From a virus (Duplodnaviria; Caudoviricetes), in the IMG/VR virus record IMGVR_UViG_3300033067_000158, positions 1 to 41,431 of that record: a stretch of DNA of 41,431 bases; one strand, written 5' to 3'. A program made the position numbers and the translations under genes. The notes below the pieces were generated by a model. It worked only from the letters and a program-made list of their open reading frames with translations, ran no database searches and had not been told where the DNA came from. This document shows, one piece after another, positions 1-8,985 of this stretch (the stretch's first letter is position 1; every line of letters begins with the position of its first letter).

Positions 1-132
1 ATCTTCACTCTTCAGGTAATGCATGACCTTCAATGGATGCAAGATATAAGGTGTACCACCCTTATCGAATTGCCCATGATGAGCGTTGGTTGCAATCAGT
101 AGGGCTTTGTCGAGCATTTCACCGCGTTTCAT
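1..132 (-). CDS. HD-domain protein, small alarmone ((p)ppGpp) hydrolase-like; N-terminal part only, runs off window
   Basis: Hand translation MKRGEMLDKALLIATNAHHGQFDKGGTPYILHPLKVMHYLKSED; AHxGQxxKxGxPYIxHP is the N-terminal RelA/SpoT HD motif; GGAG SD upstream. Confidence 0.8.
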   Translation of the reverse strand, partial: MKRGEMLDKALLIATNAHHGQFDKGGTPYILHPLKVMHYLKSED

Positions 133-142
133 ATATTACTCC

Positions 143-532
143 TTAGTTCTTGTACAATGTTACACGTTCTGGATATGTCTTACCTGTCTGAGCTTGTAAG
201 ATGACTTGCTGACCATTGACACTATACACAATGTACATGTAATGACGATCAACATACGACTTACCTGACTTCTCTTTGTAACCTTCTGGTTGAAAGCCTA
301 CCAACTCACCAACGACTTGTTCATTCTTGAATGTCTTAGGTGTTTGATCAGTCCAATGGAATGATACACCATAAGCAATAGCAACCACGATCACAACAAA
401 GAAGAAGTTGACGAAGAACTCTTCAGCATCGTTCATCAATACGATTGCCAACCACATGAAACATCCCATGCAGATAATGAAGAGGCCGGCATGATCAACT
501 GGGATATCAGCGAGAGGTTGGAATGTGTACAT
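143..532 (-). CDS. hypothetical membrane protein
   Basis: 129 aa ORF, two hydrophobic segments, downstream of promoter at 566-593. Confidence 0.7.
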   Translation of the reverse strand: MYTFQPLADIPVDHAGLFIICMGCFMWLAIVLMNDAEEFFVNFFFVVIVVAIAYGVSFHWTDQTPKTFKNEQVVGELVGFQPEGYKEKSGKSYVDRHYMYIVYSVNGQQVILQAQTGKTYPERVTLYKN

Positions 533-565
533 TTTGTTTAGTCCGTTATTTGATTTGATGGAATA

Positions 566-593
566 ATTATACCATACGTGCGGGCAATGTACA
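566..593 (-). promoter_or_regulatory. phage early-type promoter
   Basis: TGTACA-16nt-TATAAT with extended TGG. Confidence 0.7.
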
Positions 594-735
594 CAACTTT
601 GTGTAATAGTATACTAAACTTAGCTGTATACTTTTGGTTACAGTAAAAACAAAGCTAGAATGAACCCAAGACCGGGCGATCCAGTGAATACTAATGCTAG
701 GACGATGATCCATGCTAGGAAATGTGTATCACTCA

Positions 736-1008
736 TCATTCACTTTTAAACATCGATTGAATAGCAAAGCCACAGTTGGTTGCTCCACCATAGACGCCTT
801 CATAAAGTGTTTTACCAGAGTCAGTTAGGAATTCACTTTCCTTTTGTACCAATGCGTCTTGACGAATGTTCTCACATGCTTGCAAGCATTCCTGAACAAT
901 CAACTCTGTGAACTTCTCAACAAACACTTGTTGCCACTCAGAGCCTTCCAACAAAGGATTGACTTGCGCAGCTGCTTGAAACTGCAGTTCTTTAATTCGT
1001 CCATTCAT
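736..1008 (-). CDS. hypothetical protein (MNxRIxEL...FxELIVxEC family)
   Basis: ORF track; paralogous to the next ORF. Confidence 0.7.
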   Translation of the reverse strand: MNGRIKELQFQAAAQVNPLLEGSEWQQVFVEKFTELIVQECLQACENIRQDALVQKESEFLTDSGKTLYEGVYGGATNCGFAIQSMFKSE

Positions 1009-1190
1009 TCTTCAACTCCGAAATGTTTTTTAATCTCTGCGGACACATCTAATGATTTCATATCATCAGCAATACAAGCACATTCTCGCACAATCAACTC
1101 AGCGAATCTTTCCAACACTTTGTCTTGACCGTATGTCATATAATCTGGATATCCAGCATTCGCGCCAAGTTCTCGAATTCGTTCGTTCAT
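1005..1190 (-). CDS. hypothetical protein (MNERIREL...FAELIVREC family)
   Basis: ATGA overlaps on both sides; start moved to the ATG at 1190. Confidence 0.7.
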   Translation of the reverse strand: MNERIRELGANAGYPDYMTYGQDKVLERFAELIVRECACIADDMKSLDVSAEIKKHFGVEE

Positions 1191-1477
1191 AATGGTCTCT
1201 CTGGTCTTCCTGTGCACTGTTCGCATGTTGGATCACTGCATTTGCTTTCTGTCCACTCATTGGTTACCCTATTGTAATACGCATCCCATTCATCAGAATA
1301 CGCGAGTGTCTCATCATAGCCAATAAGCAATGCAATACGTGTTGCTGCTAGGTCAAGGAGATCTGCCAATCGATCAGGCTTACCTTCCTGCACAGACTTA
1401 CGTGTTGCGATCTGTCTACGAGTCTTTGCTCTACCACGTAGATCATCTACTAATTCTTCATTAGTCATTCTGTACAC
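1187..1477 (-). CDS. hypothetical protein with C-terminal Cys cluster
   Basis: 96 aa; C-terminal CSDPTCEQC. Confidence 0.65.
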   Translation of the reverse strand: MYRMTNEELVDDLRGRAKTRRQIATRKSVQEGKPDRLADLLDLAATRIALLIGYDETLAYSDEWDAYYNRVTNEWTESKCSDPTCEQCTGRPERPL

Positions 1478-1478
1478 C

Positions 1479-1679
1479 TTAGATAGTCCAAATTAATAAG
1501 AGGAATGTTGCTGCTACACCAAAGACAAACAGAATGAATGTTGATGCTAGCAATACCACAAACCAGTTAGGCATTAATGCTGATGAGCTTTTCCATACGA
1601 TCTCAGCAGCCATGCAACACATACAGAGGATGACAAGAAGTGTGAGTGTAAGCTTAAATGATATTGCTAGAGATGTCAT
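1479..1679 (-). CDS. small membrane protein
   Basis: 66 aa, two hydrophobic helices. Confidence 0.55.
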   Translation of the reverse strand: MTSLAISFKLTLTLLVILCMCCMAAEIVWKSSSALMPNWFVVLLASTFILFVFGVAATFLLLIWTI

Positions 1680-1821
1680 TCTTTGTCCTTCTTCTTTGTA
1701 TTACTCACCATCATGAAACATGCAGTCAATAGGAATACCCACATCGACCAACCGCGTTGATCTACGAGATACGCTGCACCTACAACAAGGATGAGGTTAT
1801 AAATGATGATGAGAATACTTG

Positions 1822-2082
1822 TCATAGTTTGCCTGTTAATTTACTGATCAACAATGATTGCTCATTGATACGCACTTTCATTGAATGCAGAGTTTCTTGT
1901 TCTTTCTTCCACTTTTGATAGTCATCATATCGTCGTTGAAGATTAGGCAAATCTGTCAATACTGTTTTATAACTTTTCAACTCAGCACGTGCTTTATCAC
2001 GTTGGTCTTTAACTTTGTTCAACTTCTTTGTCAATCGACCGAGTTCAACTGCATGTTTATCTGGTCTAACTACATCATTCAT
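1822..2082 (-). CDS. coiled-coil hypothetical protein
   Basis: Start taken at MNDVVRP, ATGA overlap with upstream gene. Confidence 0.6.
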   Translation of the reverse strand: MNDVVRPDKHAVELGRLTKKLNKVKDQRDKARAELKSYKTVLTDLPNLQRRYDDYQKWKKEQETLHSMKVRINEQSLLISKLTGKL

Positions 2083-2294
2083 AATTCTGTCTCCACTACT
2101 TGAAAGATCTTCCAATCACGATCGGGTCTTTTGCCAATCACATAATTCTTAAACTTCTGAGCATCTTTAACGGTGTCAAATTGTACCTCACTGAAGTAAG
2201 CATAACAACCAATAGCACCATTCCCATCAGGCCAGTAATGTGCTACAACATAGTTGGCCTTCTGTTCTTTAATAGACTTCTTTAATAATGTCAT
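2079..2294 (-). CDS. hypothetical protein
   Basis: ORF track, co-oriented packing. Confidence 0.6.
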   Translation of the reverse strand: MTLLKKSIKEQKANYVVAHYWPDGNGAIGCYAYFSEVQFDTVKDAQKFKNYVIGKRPDRDWKIFQVVETEL

Positions 2295-2442
2295 ATTCTT
2301 CCTTAGGATACTTCTCTTGAAACTCTTCAGTCTTCACATACTCATTATATGACTTAGCATCAAAGAATACTTTCTTGAATACACTCATATGATTACGTTT
2401 AGGACACACTGTGAGATATACTGATTTTGCTTTACCTGCCAT
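2269..2442 (-). CDS. small hypothetical protein (57 aa, not in ORF track)
   Basis: Hand translation MAGKAKSVYLTVCPKRNHMSVFKKVFFDAKSYNEYVKTEEFQEKYPKEEYDIIKEVY; GAGG SD. Confidence 0.65.
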   Translation of the reverse strand: MAGKAKSVYLTVCPKRNHMSVFKKVFFDAKSYNEYVKTEEFQEKYPKEEYDIIKEVY

Positions 2443-2444
2443 GA

Positions 2445-2915
2445 TTATTCCTCTTTGTATTGTTTGAACTTGATTTTGAAACAGGTCTTCTCTTTGAACT
2501 TACGATAAGTCAGAGCAAGGAATGTTGGTGGACGGTCTTCTTTATGTTTACCATACATCACTTTACGCCATGCTGTACCAGCCGCAGGGATAGCTTTCTC
2601 ATGTGTGAACCATGCAAGCACTAACAAACCAAACAAGAGTGTGACGATAGTATACAACATGAATGCTGCTTTACCCCATTCGGTAAACACTGCATCATAT
2701 GCATAGATCATATAGATCTCATACAACATATTAGCTGTAATAGCAGCAAAGCCTAAACACAATGCGGCTGTAAAGCAAAAGAGCAATGAACCCCAAAAGA
2801 CTGCTCGGATGTATGAACATAGGTCATTGTCATCACGCCACTCACGAACACGTCGTGTACCAAAGTTCGCCAACCAAAAGTGCCAGGACTTAGTGTCCAA
2901 TTCAAATTCCATCAT
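2445..2915 (-). CDS. hypothetical membrane protein
   Basis: 156 aa, two TM segments. Confidence 0.65.
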   Translation of the reverse strand: MMEFELDTKSWHFWLANFGTRRVREWRDDNDLCSYIRAVFWGSLLFCFTAALCLGFAAITANMLYEIYMIYAYDAVFTEWGKAAFMLYTIVTLLFGLLVLAWFTHEKAIPAAGTAWRKVMYGKHKEDRPPTFLALTYRKFKEKTCFKIKFKQYKEE

Positions 2916-3063
2916 ACTTCTTTATCCCTGTTTAAATACTTTTGAATCTTACGTTTGAAATGACCACTCAATAGTTCAGAGTCAATAATAGCAAACGTTA
3001 CACCCCAAATCAAAATGATCATTGGCAATCCAGCCAACATCAACAAATACTCATTCAATCCCA

Positions 3064-3300
3064 TTAATATGCCTCCGCATAAGCAGTCCACTTGCCTGTT
3101 GAAAGCTGTGATGCAATCCAGCCAACACGACGATTACCACAATCACAACGACGAGATTCACCATCCCAACCTGAGCAGAATGTACCATCATCATAGTCGT
3201 TACAAGTCATTCCGTAGAAGTAATCAACACCACCATCTTTGATAGCCTGTGCTTGAACTGCTTCAATTGCTTGTTCCTCAGTATCGTAACCATCAATCAT
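3064..3300 (-). CDS. hypothetical Cys-rich protein
   Basis: CSGWDGESRRCDCGNRRV motif; downstream of promoter 3327-3355. Confidence 0.7.
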   Translation of the reverse strand: MIDGYDTEEQAIEAVQAQAIKDGGVDYFYGMTCNDYDDGTFCSGWDGESRRCDCGNRRVGWIASQLSTGKWTAYAEAY

Positions 3301-3326
3301 GTTTTATCCTATCATCACAGAGTTCT

Positions 3327-3355
3327 ATTATACCACACCACAATCCCGCTGTACA
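3327..3355 (-). promoter_or_regulatory. phage early-type promoter
   Basis: TGTACA gcggg...gtgg TATAAT, 17 nt spacer. Confidence 0.75.
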
Positions 3356-3358
3356 GGG

Positions 3359-3598
3359 TTATGCGTAACAACCGCGTGTTTCTTCAGCACCTGGAATTTC
3401 TTCACAACTACATTCCCACATAGAGAATGATTCATAATAACCAGTGAAGTAGTATGCCTTCATCTCTGTCTTACAGAATGGGCACACTGGCATTACGATT
3501 TCTTTTTCTTCCACAATATTCTCCTTAGTCCAATAACCACACAGTGTTTTCACCTTCACGAACTTCCATGTTTTCCAAGTCGGAAACATATTCGCCAC
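3359..3598 (-). CDS. zinc-ribbon hypothetical protein
   Basis: CPFC...CSC; start uncertain. Confidence 0.5.
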   Translation of the reverse strand: MANMFPTWKTWKFVKVKTLCGYWTKENIVEEKEIVMPVCPFCKTEMKAYYFTGYYESFSMWECSCEEIPGAEETRGCYA

Positions 3599-3673
3599 CG
3601 TTTTGTTCCATCATCACAACCTTGTCACCATCGTAACCTTCTAACAATTCTATCAACTCACGTACTGTCATTT

Positions 3674-4000
3674 TTATTCCTTAGTAAATCCATAACCACC
3701 TCGGCATGATTCATCATATGCTTGGATGATGGTGTAGACTTTTGTTTTGTTGGACGCCTTCCAAGCTTCATATGCAAATGAATGAACCTTAGCCATACAA
3801 TCAGATTCAAACAAAATGTTGTCTTCATCAACAAAACTCCAGTGATTGTCTGGGTCAGTAAGCTCAAACACTTGGTACCAACTCTTAGGATACTTACGAC
3901 CACAGAAGTATGCAAAGTCAAACTCTCGAGCCTGTGCTGGCGTTAGAGGTACAGTGACATACTCTGGTTGTTTGATTTCTTGCTGTGTGAACATTATCAC
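3674..4000 (-). CDS. hypothetical protein
   Basis: 108 aa, AAGGAG SD. Confidence 0.65.
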   Translation of the reverse strand: MIMFTQQEIKQPEYVTVPLTPAQAREFDFAYFCGRKYPKSWYQVFELTDPDNHWSFVDEDNILFESDCMAKVHSFAYEAWKASNKTKVYTIIQAYDESCRGGYGFTKE

Positions 4001-4003
4001 TCC

Positions 4004-4210
4004 TTAGACAAAATCAAATGCAAACTCAGTTGGTGTCTTACTCACGATTACACCACCACCACTGAAACGCTCATTCAAAGCAGTTTCGATTTTAGCAGCT
4101 TGGCGAGGTGTGATTTCAGGTACAAACAAGGTGCCATAGCAAAATGTTGCTGTATCGTCTTGACCAATTACTTTACCGACTATCTCGAGAACCACTTTTT
4201 CGAATGACAT
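4004..4210 (-). CDS. hypothetical protein
   Basis: Start at MSFEK with AAGGA SD, after promoter 4244-4271. Confidence 0.65.
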   Translation of the reverse strand: MSFEKVVLEIVGKVIGQDDTATFCYGTLFVPEITPRQAAKIETALNERFSGGGVIVSKTPTEFAFDFV

Positions 4211-4243
4211 ATTTTGTATTCCTTTGTTTGTTTTGTTAGATTG

Positions 4244-4271
4244 ATTATACAACATGTCGAGATTTTGTACA
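4244..4271 (-). promoter_or_regulatory. phage early-type promoter
   Basis: TGTACA-16nt-TATAAT. Confidence 0.65.
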
Positions 4272-4318
4272 CTGTTATTTTAATAGTTGACTAAAACCAG
4301 CTGTATACTTTAGGTAAC

Positions 4319-4341
4319 AAAAAGGGCTCCTAATGGAGCCC
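4319..4341 (-). terminator. intrinsic terminator
   Basis: GGGCTCC-atta-GGAGCCC followed by a T run on minus strand. Confidence 0.75.
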
Positions 4342-4363
4342 GTGTAAACTGAATAGTTTTGTT

Positions 4364-4507
4364 TTAAGATTCTTGTGGTGTATTGTAATAGTCATACACC
4401 TTGACGTAATAAGCAAAGCGTAATGGCTCATGCTCTATGTCAGGTAATGTTTTACCAAAATATTCTTCCATCGCTTCATACTTAGCAATTGCTTCTTCAT
4501 CTGTCAT
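4364..4507 (-). CDS. small hypothetical protein (47 aa, not in ORF track)
   Basis: Hand translation MTDEEAIAKYEAMEEYFGKTLPDIEHEPLRFAYYVKVYDYYNTPQES; ATGA overlap. Confidence 0.6.
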   Translation of the reverse strand: MTDEEAIAKYEAMEEYFGKTLPDIEHEPLRFAYYVKVYDYYNTPQES

Positions 4508-4842
4508 AAGTGTACTCCATCATCTTCATCTGGTTCACCGTATGGTACCACATACCAATCATCTTCTTGTAGAACATACTCACCACGCTTTGCCTTCTCA
4601 TCATTCTCTAGTTGTTGCTCACGTTTCTTATTCATGAGCTTCATGTTAGCGATACCTTCAGGTGTTTGCATGTACTCATGTTTGTTTTGACTTAACTTCT
4701 GTCTAGTCTCATCAGTAACTTCACGCCCTTTGTTTGAACACGCAGTTGAGCAATACACTCCACGACCTTTGTGAATGATACCACATGTCGGGCATTGTTT
4801 TGGTTTATAACGTCCTGGTTTAATCTTTTGCATATACAACAA
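4504..4842 (-). CDS. Zn-finger + NUMOD3-like DNA-binding protein, no nuclease domain seen
   Basis: CPTC...YCSTAC then KGREVTDETRQKLS; ATG start probably ~4833. Confidence 0.55.
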   Translation of the reverse strand: MLYMQKIKPGRYKPKQCPTCGIIHKGRGVYCSTACSNKGREVTDETRQKLSQNKHEYMQTPEGIANMKLMNKKREQQLENDEKAKRGEYVLQEDDWYVVPYGEPDEDDGVHL

Positions 4843-4862
4843 AGGGGACCGAAGTCCCCTTG
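4841..4862 (-). terminator. terminator after gene 32 with cUUCGg loop
   Basis: AAGGGGAC-TTCG-GTCCCCTT TG on minus strand. Confidence 0.75.
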
Positions 4863-4865
4863 TAA

Positions 4866-5753
4866 TTAAGCTTCGTTAGCTAGTTTGCTAAAGTAACTCA
4901 ATGTGTCATCGTCATCACCTGCATCCATAGGAGCATGTTGAGTACGACCAACGCTTGGTGCTGAAACGCTTTCATCCAACTTAATAGACTCAGCAGTTGT
5001 ACGTGGAGCAGAAGCACCAAGTACACGTTCCAACTTAGCTTTCAACTCATCGTATGTCTTGTACTTTGATGGATCAGTGAAGTCCTTCAATGTATAGACC
5101 TTTGAGTAGATATCTTCAAGTTCAGCATCATCACCATTTGCAACAGCACTTGGCTTATCGAACTCAGACTTATCGTAGTTACGATAGCCTTCAACGTTAC
5201 GAATCTTCAACTTAAAGTTAGCACCTTCCCATAAGTCGAATGGGTTAACAGGTTGCTCATCTTGGAATTGAGGTTGCATAACATCCATCATCTTGTCAAA
5301 GATCTTCTTACCGAATTGGAAGAGGAATACTTTACCTTCGTTTTCTGGATGTGCTGGATCGCTTACCACAAGAACGTTTGCAACATAGTGAAGACGACGC
5401 TTCTGCTTACGTGCAATTTCCTTATCGCTATCCAATCCTGAGTTCCACAACTTAGTGTTGACTTCACCAACTGGGTCAGGTTGACCAATAGAGGTCAATG
5501 ACTTTTCGATGTACCAACCGCCTGGGCCTTGGAAGCCGTGATCCCAGTAACGAGTCCATGGCATGTCTTCACCGCTTGGAGCTGGCAAGAAACGAAGTAC
5601 AGCGAAGCCGTTACCAGCTTTGTCTACTTCTGGTTTCCAGAATCGGTTATCTTCGTAGGATTGAGTTTGACCTGCGCCGCCAACTTTATCAGCTGCTGCG
5701 ACGAGTTTATTGATAGCGCTTGCGCGACTTGCTTTGAGATTTGCTAATGACAT
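4866..5753 (-). CDS. gp32: T4-like single-stranded DNA-binding protein
   Basis: DNRFWKP..DKAGNGFAVLRFLPAP, FGKKIFDK, GANFKLKIRNVEGYRNYDKSEF, acidic tail LSYFSKLA. Confidence 0.97.
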   Translation of the reverse strand: MSLANLKASRASAINKLVAAADKVGGAGQTQSYEDNRFWKPEVDKAGNGFAVLRFLPAPSGEDMPWTRYWDHGFQGPGGWYIEKSLTSIGQPDPVGEVNTKLWNSGLDSDKEIARKQKRRLHYVANVLVVSDPAHPENEGKVFLFQFGKKIFDKMMDVMQPQFQDEQPVNPFDLWEGANFKLKIRNVEGYRNYDKSEFDKPSAVANGDDAELEDIYSKVYTLKDFTDPSKYKTYDELKAKLERVLGASAPRTTAESIKLDESVSAPSVGRTQHAPMDAGDDDDTLSYFSKLANEA

Positions 5754-5809
5754 TGTATTTTCCTTTTATTAATGTACAATTTTAAACAGAGTATGGAGTA
5801 ACTATTATA

Positions 5810-6421
5810 TCATGTTACGTTAGATTGTAAACAATCTTTTAACGCTTCCTTGACTTTTTCGTTATTCACCGTGATGAAGGGATCATACTTTAAGATCTTC
5901 TTAGAAAGTTCAGGCCACAAAATTGGGTCTTTAATTTCTTTGTTGAACTTGGGCATGAACCCTAAGTAGCGATTGAGAACTACAAACGTTTCAAGAGGGA
6001 TTTCATCTTCTAATAGTTTTTTGACTAAGATAGGATGTTGTCCATCATCAATAACGAATAAACTTTTGAAGTCATTATCGCTTACTAATTTATATATATC
6101 GTTCTTAAACCTATAAGTGAAAGATTCCATTAACGCTTTGTATTCTTTATACGTATCGTCAGCAGTTTCTTCATGTAGATCACCAATCCACTTCGTACCA
6201 TGATGAGCAAAGTTGCATGCAAAGAATGTTTTTAGTTCATTCAATCCATGCTTCTTTGCTATCTTGGCAAAGAAGTACTTATCACGTCGAGCAAAGAAAG
6301 ACTTAGGTGTTACGCTAGTCTTCCCATTATATTTGAAGTAGTCGTACGATCCTTCGAAGTGTAACTTACACGCGTTGTAAATTTTATACGCTTCAAAGGG
6401 TTCATTCGAATTGTAACTCAT
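5810..6421 (-). CDS. gp59: T4-like helicase loader
   Basis: AYKIYNACKLHF..YDYFKYNGK, RRDKYFF; T4 order 33-59-32. Confidence 0.92.
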   Translation of the reverse strand: MSYNSNEPFEAYKIYNACKLHFEGSYDYFKYNGKTSVTPKSFFARRDKYFFAKIAKKHGLNELKTFFACNFAHHGTKWIGDLHEETADDTYKEYKALMESFTYRFKNDIYKLVSDNDFKSLFVIDDGQHPILVKKLLEDEIPLETFVVLNRYLGFMPKFNKEIKDPILWPELSKKILKYDPFITVNNEKVKEALKDCLQSNVT

Positions 6422-6638
6422 TCTTTTTCTTCAAATAACCAAGATTCATCCCTTCAGCTTCAAGCTTTGCTTTGATGGGATTACTCAATAATTTAGCAAT
6501 GTCCTCTGGATCAATCATACGTTCCTTGCAAATATCAATGATAGCATCAAGGTATGTAGATCGATCTGCCTTCATTCGCTTTTCAACGAGTTCAGAGAAC
6601 GTCTTCTTTGTGTATAGACCTTCTGGTTGTTCACTCAT
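6402..6638 (-). CDS. gp33: T4-like late transcription coactivator
   Basis: FSELVE..YLDAI..C..IDPEDIAKLLSNPIKAKLEAEGMNLGYL; position. Confidence 0.9.
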   Translation of the reverse strand: MSEQPEGLYTKKTFSELVEKRMKADRSTYLDAIIDICKERMIDPEDIAKLLSNPIKAKLEAEGMNLGYLKKKNELQFE

Positions 6639-7111
6639 GTTTTGTCTTTATAATATATGTGCGTGCCAATGGAAGTTACCTTCTTTAGTTTGTGCCAGCC
6701 AGGATTCACATAGTTTGCATGATAATACGTTGCGCCTTGTGTGACGTCAACACCTTTTTGATAATACATCTCTAACGCTGACTTAACAGCAGTGAGTGAT
6801 TCATTCCAAACTTCTTGATCGACGCCTCGACCCATTAACTTCTTATCACAATACCAAGAGAATTGACATGTAGTCTTGGTGCTACTCTTGGTGCGTGATT
6901 GATAGACCACTTCGCATGCTTCCTTAGGGAATGCTGGGTCTTTCATACGATTTAATACTACATGAGTGACTGCAATCTGTGACATTTGACTATCACCTTT
7001 TGCTTCGTAGTATGCGTTGCGTGTTAAACAATATACGTCTTGGTCGTTAAGTGGAATCGGATTTACAAAAGCCGATATCCATGTTGCGATTGAGAGTAAT
7101 ATTTCGTTCAT
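6635..7111 (-). CDS. SleB/Hydrolase_2-type cell wall hydrolase
   Basis: CLTRNAYYEAKG, VVLNR, CQFSWYCD, GATYYHANYVNPGW, IGTHIYY. Confidence 0.9.
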   Translation of the reverse strand: MNEILLSIATWISAFVNPIPLNDQDVYCLTRNAYYEAKGDSQMSQIAVTHVVLNRMKDPAFPKEACEVVYQSRTKSSTKTTCQFSWYCDKKLMGRGVDQEVWNESLTAVKSALEMYYQKGVDVTQGATYYHANYVNPGWHKLKKVTSIGTHIYYKDKT

Positions 7112-8289
7112 CTAGTTGCCTTTAGTATGATTGTATCTTCGTTCAATCGTCCATTTGGTGCACTCGGTTTTGTAGTGAGGGCAACAAATGCCTTAGCAGC
7201 TTTCATCTTTGCAGATGACAGTACCTCGGCCAGAGTAACTTCAGGCTTACGCAGTTTGCGTGTTTCGGATGTGGATTGATCGTACTTGATGATGGTAGTA
7301 CCCTTGATTTCGAATCCAACGCCTGACTCAGCGATGTATCGGGTAAGTGCTTTGTACTTAACATTGTAAGTCCAAAGTTCTGTAGCACCAATAATCTGAG
7401 ACGGATTGATAGAAACTAATTTGTTCTCAGGTGACTCCTTCAAGTACTTTAGTTTTGAGAGTTGTTTCTCGATTGATACAGGTTTCTTTGCGCGTATCTT
7501 ACGGACAGTTTTGGTGTTTGTACCAAATCGCTGAGCGTCTGTAATGATACCCTCGAACCAGCCAACAAATTCTTTCTTACGCTTGGCAGAAAGGTGACTG
7601 TAAGCTTCCACTAGTTGTGGATCTGATTTATTTATAGCTTCTTTCATCTCGGTAAGATGACGTTGAGACCAATCAACAATGTACTTAACTGCTTGAGTTG
7701 GCAACAGTGCTGCCTTCATTGCTTCATACACGTCGATCTTTGGAGATTCACCAAGGATCCATTGGTCAAGCATGTCTTCAAGATCACCAAGAACAGTTTC
7801 CTGTGCTTTGAATTTGATACGATCTTGTACAGTTACAACAGGCGCTTTGTTTGCATCATCTTCAGCTTCTCTATGAGCTACCAAACGCTTAGCACCTTTG
7901 AGCAACATATCTTCAACGTTGTTCTTTATCCATGTATACTCTTTATCGCGGAGAACAAGACCGCGGCCCCGCATACGTAGTAGAGCTCCGGATTGCAAGA
8001 GACAACTCCAATCAGGCGCAGCGTTAAGTAATTCAATTTTGTCTTTATCGAATCCAAGTTCATCTTTAGCATACTTAATCAAATCCTTCTTAAAGTTCTT
8101 GCCAGTGTAATAGTAATTATAAAAGTTGAAGGCACGCATCAATGCAATCGTACGAGCTTGCTCATCTTTGAACTCAACACCATGATGGATAGGTTCTTCA
8201 CCTGTGTAGTTGCTATCAGCATGAGCTGGATTTGCAATACGCTTACGTGGTGGTTTATATGCTTTGCCGTCGATCTTAATTGTTGCCAT
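7108..8289 (-). CDS. hypothetical protein (393 aa)
   Basis: Long ORF with own promoter 8314-8342 and AAGGA SD. Confidence 0.85.
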   Translation of the reverse strand: MATIKIDGKAYKPPRKRIANPAHADSNYTGEEPIHHGVEFKDEQARTIALMRAFNFYNYYYTGKNFKKDLIKYAKDELGFDKDKIELLNAAPDWSCLLQSGALLRMRGRGLVLRDKEYTWIKNNVEDMLLKGAKRLVAHREAEDDANKAPVVTVQDRIKFKAQETVLGDLEDMLDQWILGESPKIDVYEAMKAALLPTQAVKYIVDWSQRHLTEMKEAINKSDPQLVEAYSHLSAKRKKEFVGWFEGIITDAQRFGTNTKTVRKIRAKKPVSIEKQLSKLKYLKESPENKLVSINPSQIIGATELWTYNVKYKALTRYIAESGVGFEIKGTTIIKYDQSTSETRKLRKPEVTLAEVLSSAKMKAAKAFVALTTKPSAPNGRLNEDTIILKATR

Positions 8290-8313
8290 GATTGTCCTTT
8301 AGTCTATACTACT

Positions 8314-8342
8314 ATTATACCACATTTTAAGCCCGCTGTACA
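8314..8342 (-). promoter_or_regulatory. phage early-type promoter
   Basis: TGTACA gcggg...gtgg TATAAT. Confidence 0.75.
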
Positions 8343-8581
8343 CTCTTCACAGAATCAATTTTGAATGATCGCCAACCTTGAGACTCTAAGTCCCAAACTG
8401 CGAGTACATTATCATTCTCTGCTTTAACGCGATCAGTCTTCTTTTCTTCAGTTGACTGCGGGATAAGTGTTTCATTGAGTGTACACTTCATCACTCGTTC
8501 AGAGCCATCAACCTTGATGAATGTAACGTTTGCTGTGTAAGTCTTAAGCGTAGACTTAATACCATCCTTTGTGAATGTCAT
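8327..8581 (-). CDS. small SH3/WYL_2-like protein
   Basis: VTFIKVDGSERVMKCTL...VWDLESQGWRSFKID. Confidence 0.8.
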   Translation of the reverse strand: MTFTKDGIKSTLKTYTANVTFIKVDGSERVMKCTLNETLIPQSTEEKKTDRVKAENDNVLAVWDLESQGWRSFKIDSVKSVQRA

Positions 8582-8982
8582 TTCTTTTTCCGATCTTTCT
8601 TTTCAATTTTCTCTTCAGCTTCTTTAAGACCATCTTCAATGTAACTATCAAGCTTTTGCTCAATGATAGTCAACACTTTACCTGACATGTGTTGAACCTT
8701 CTCATTCTCTGCTACCTTCTGAGCAGCATAAGCTCCAACCATTGTATATGCAGTTTTTTCAGTAGGCAATAGAATCAATACCCACGCAGATGCAATTGCA
8801 ACCCAAAATGCTTTCCATAGACGACGTTTAACACCAGCCTCACGTTCAGTACTATTTGAGTAGTCAATCCAATAGATGAAGTTGCCAATGGCTACTCCAC
8901 CACATGCTAAGATCAATGCTACAAAGAAACTACCAATGCCATGCAACAAGCTAATGACATATACTAATAATGCTAAGTCCAT
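8578..8982 (-). CDS. membrane protein
   Basis: LLVYVISLL, ILLPTEKTAYTM; 2-3 TM segments. Confidence 0.7.
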   Translation of the reverse strand: MDLALLVYVISLLHGIGSFFVALILACGGVAIGNFIYWIDYSNSTEREAGVKRRLWKAFWVAIASAWVLILLPTEKTAYTMVGAYAAQKVAENEKVQHMSGKVLTIIEQKLDSYIEDGLKEAEEKIEKKDRKKK

Positions 8983-8985
8983 ATA

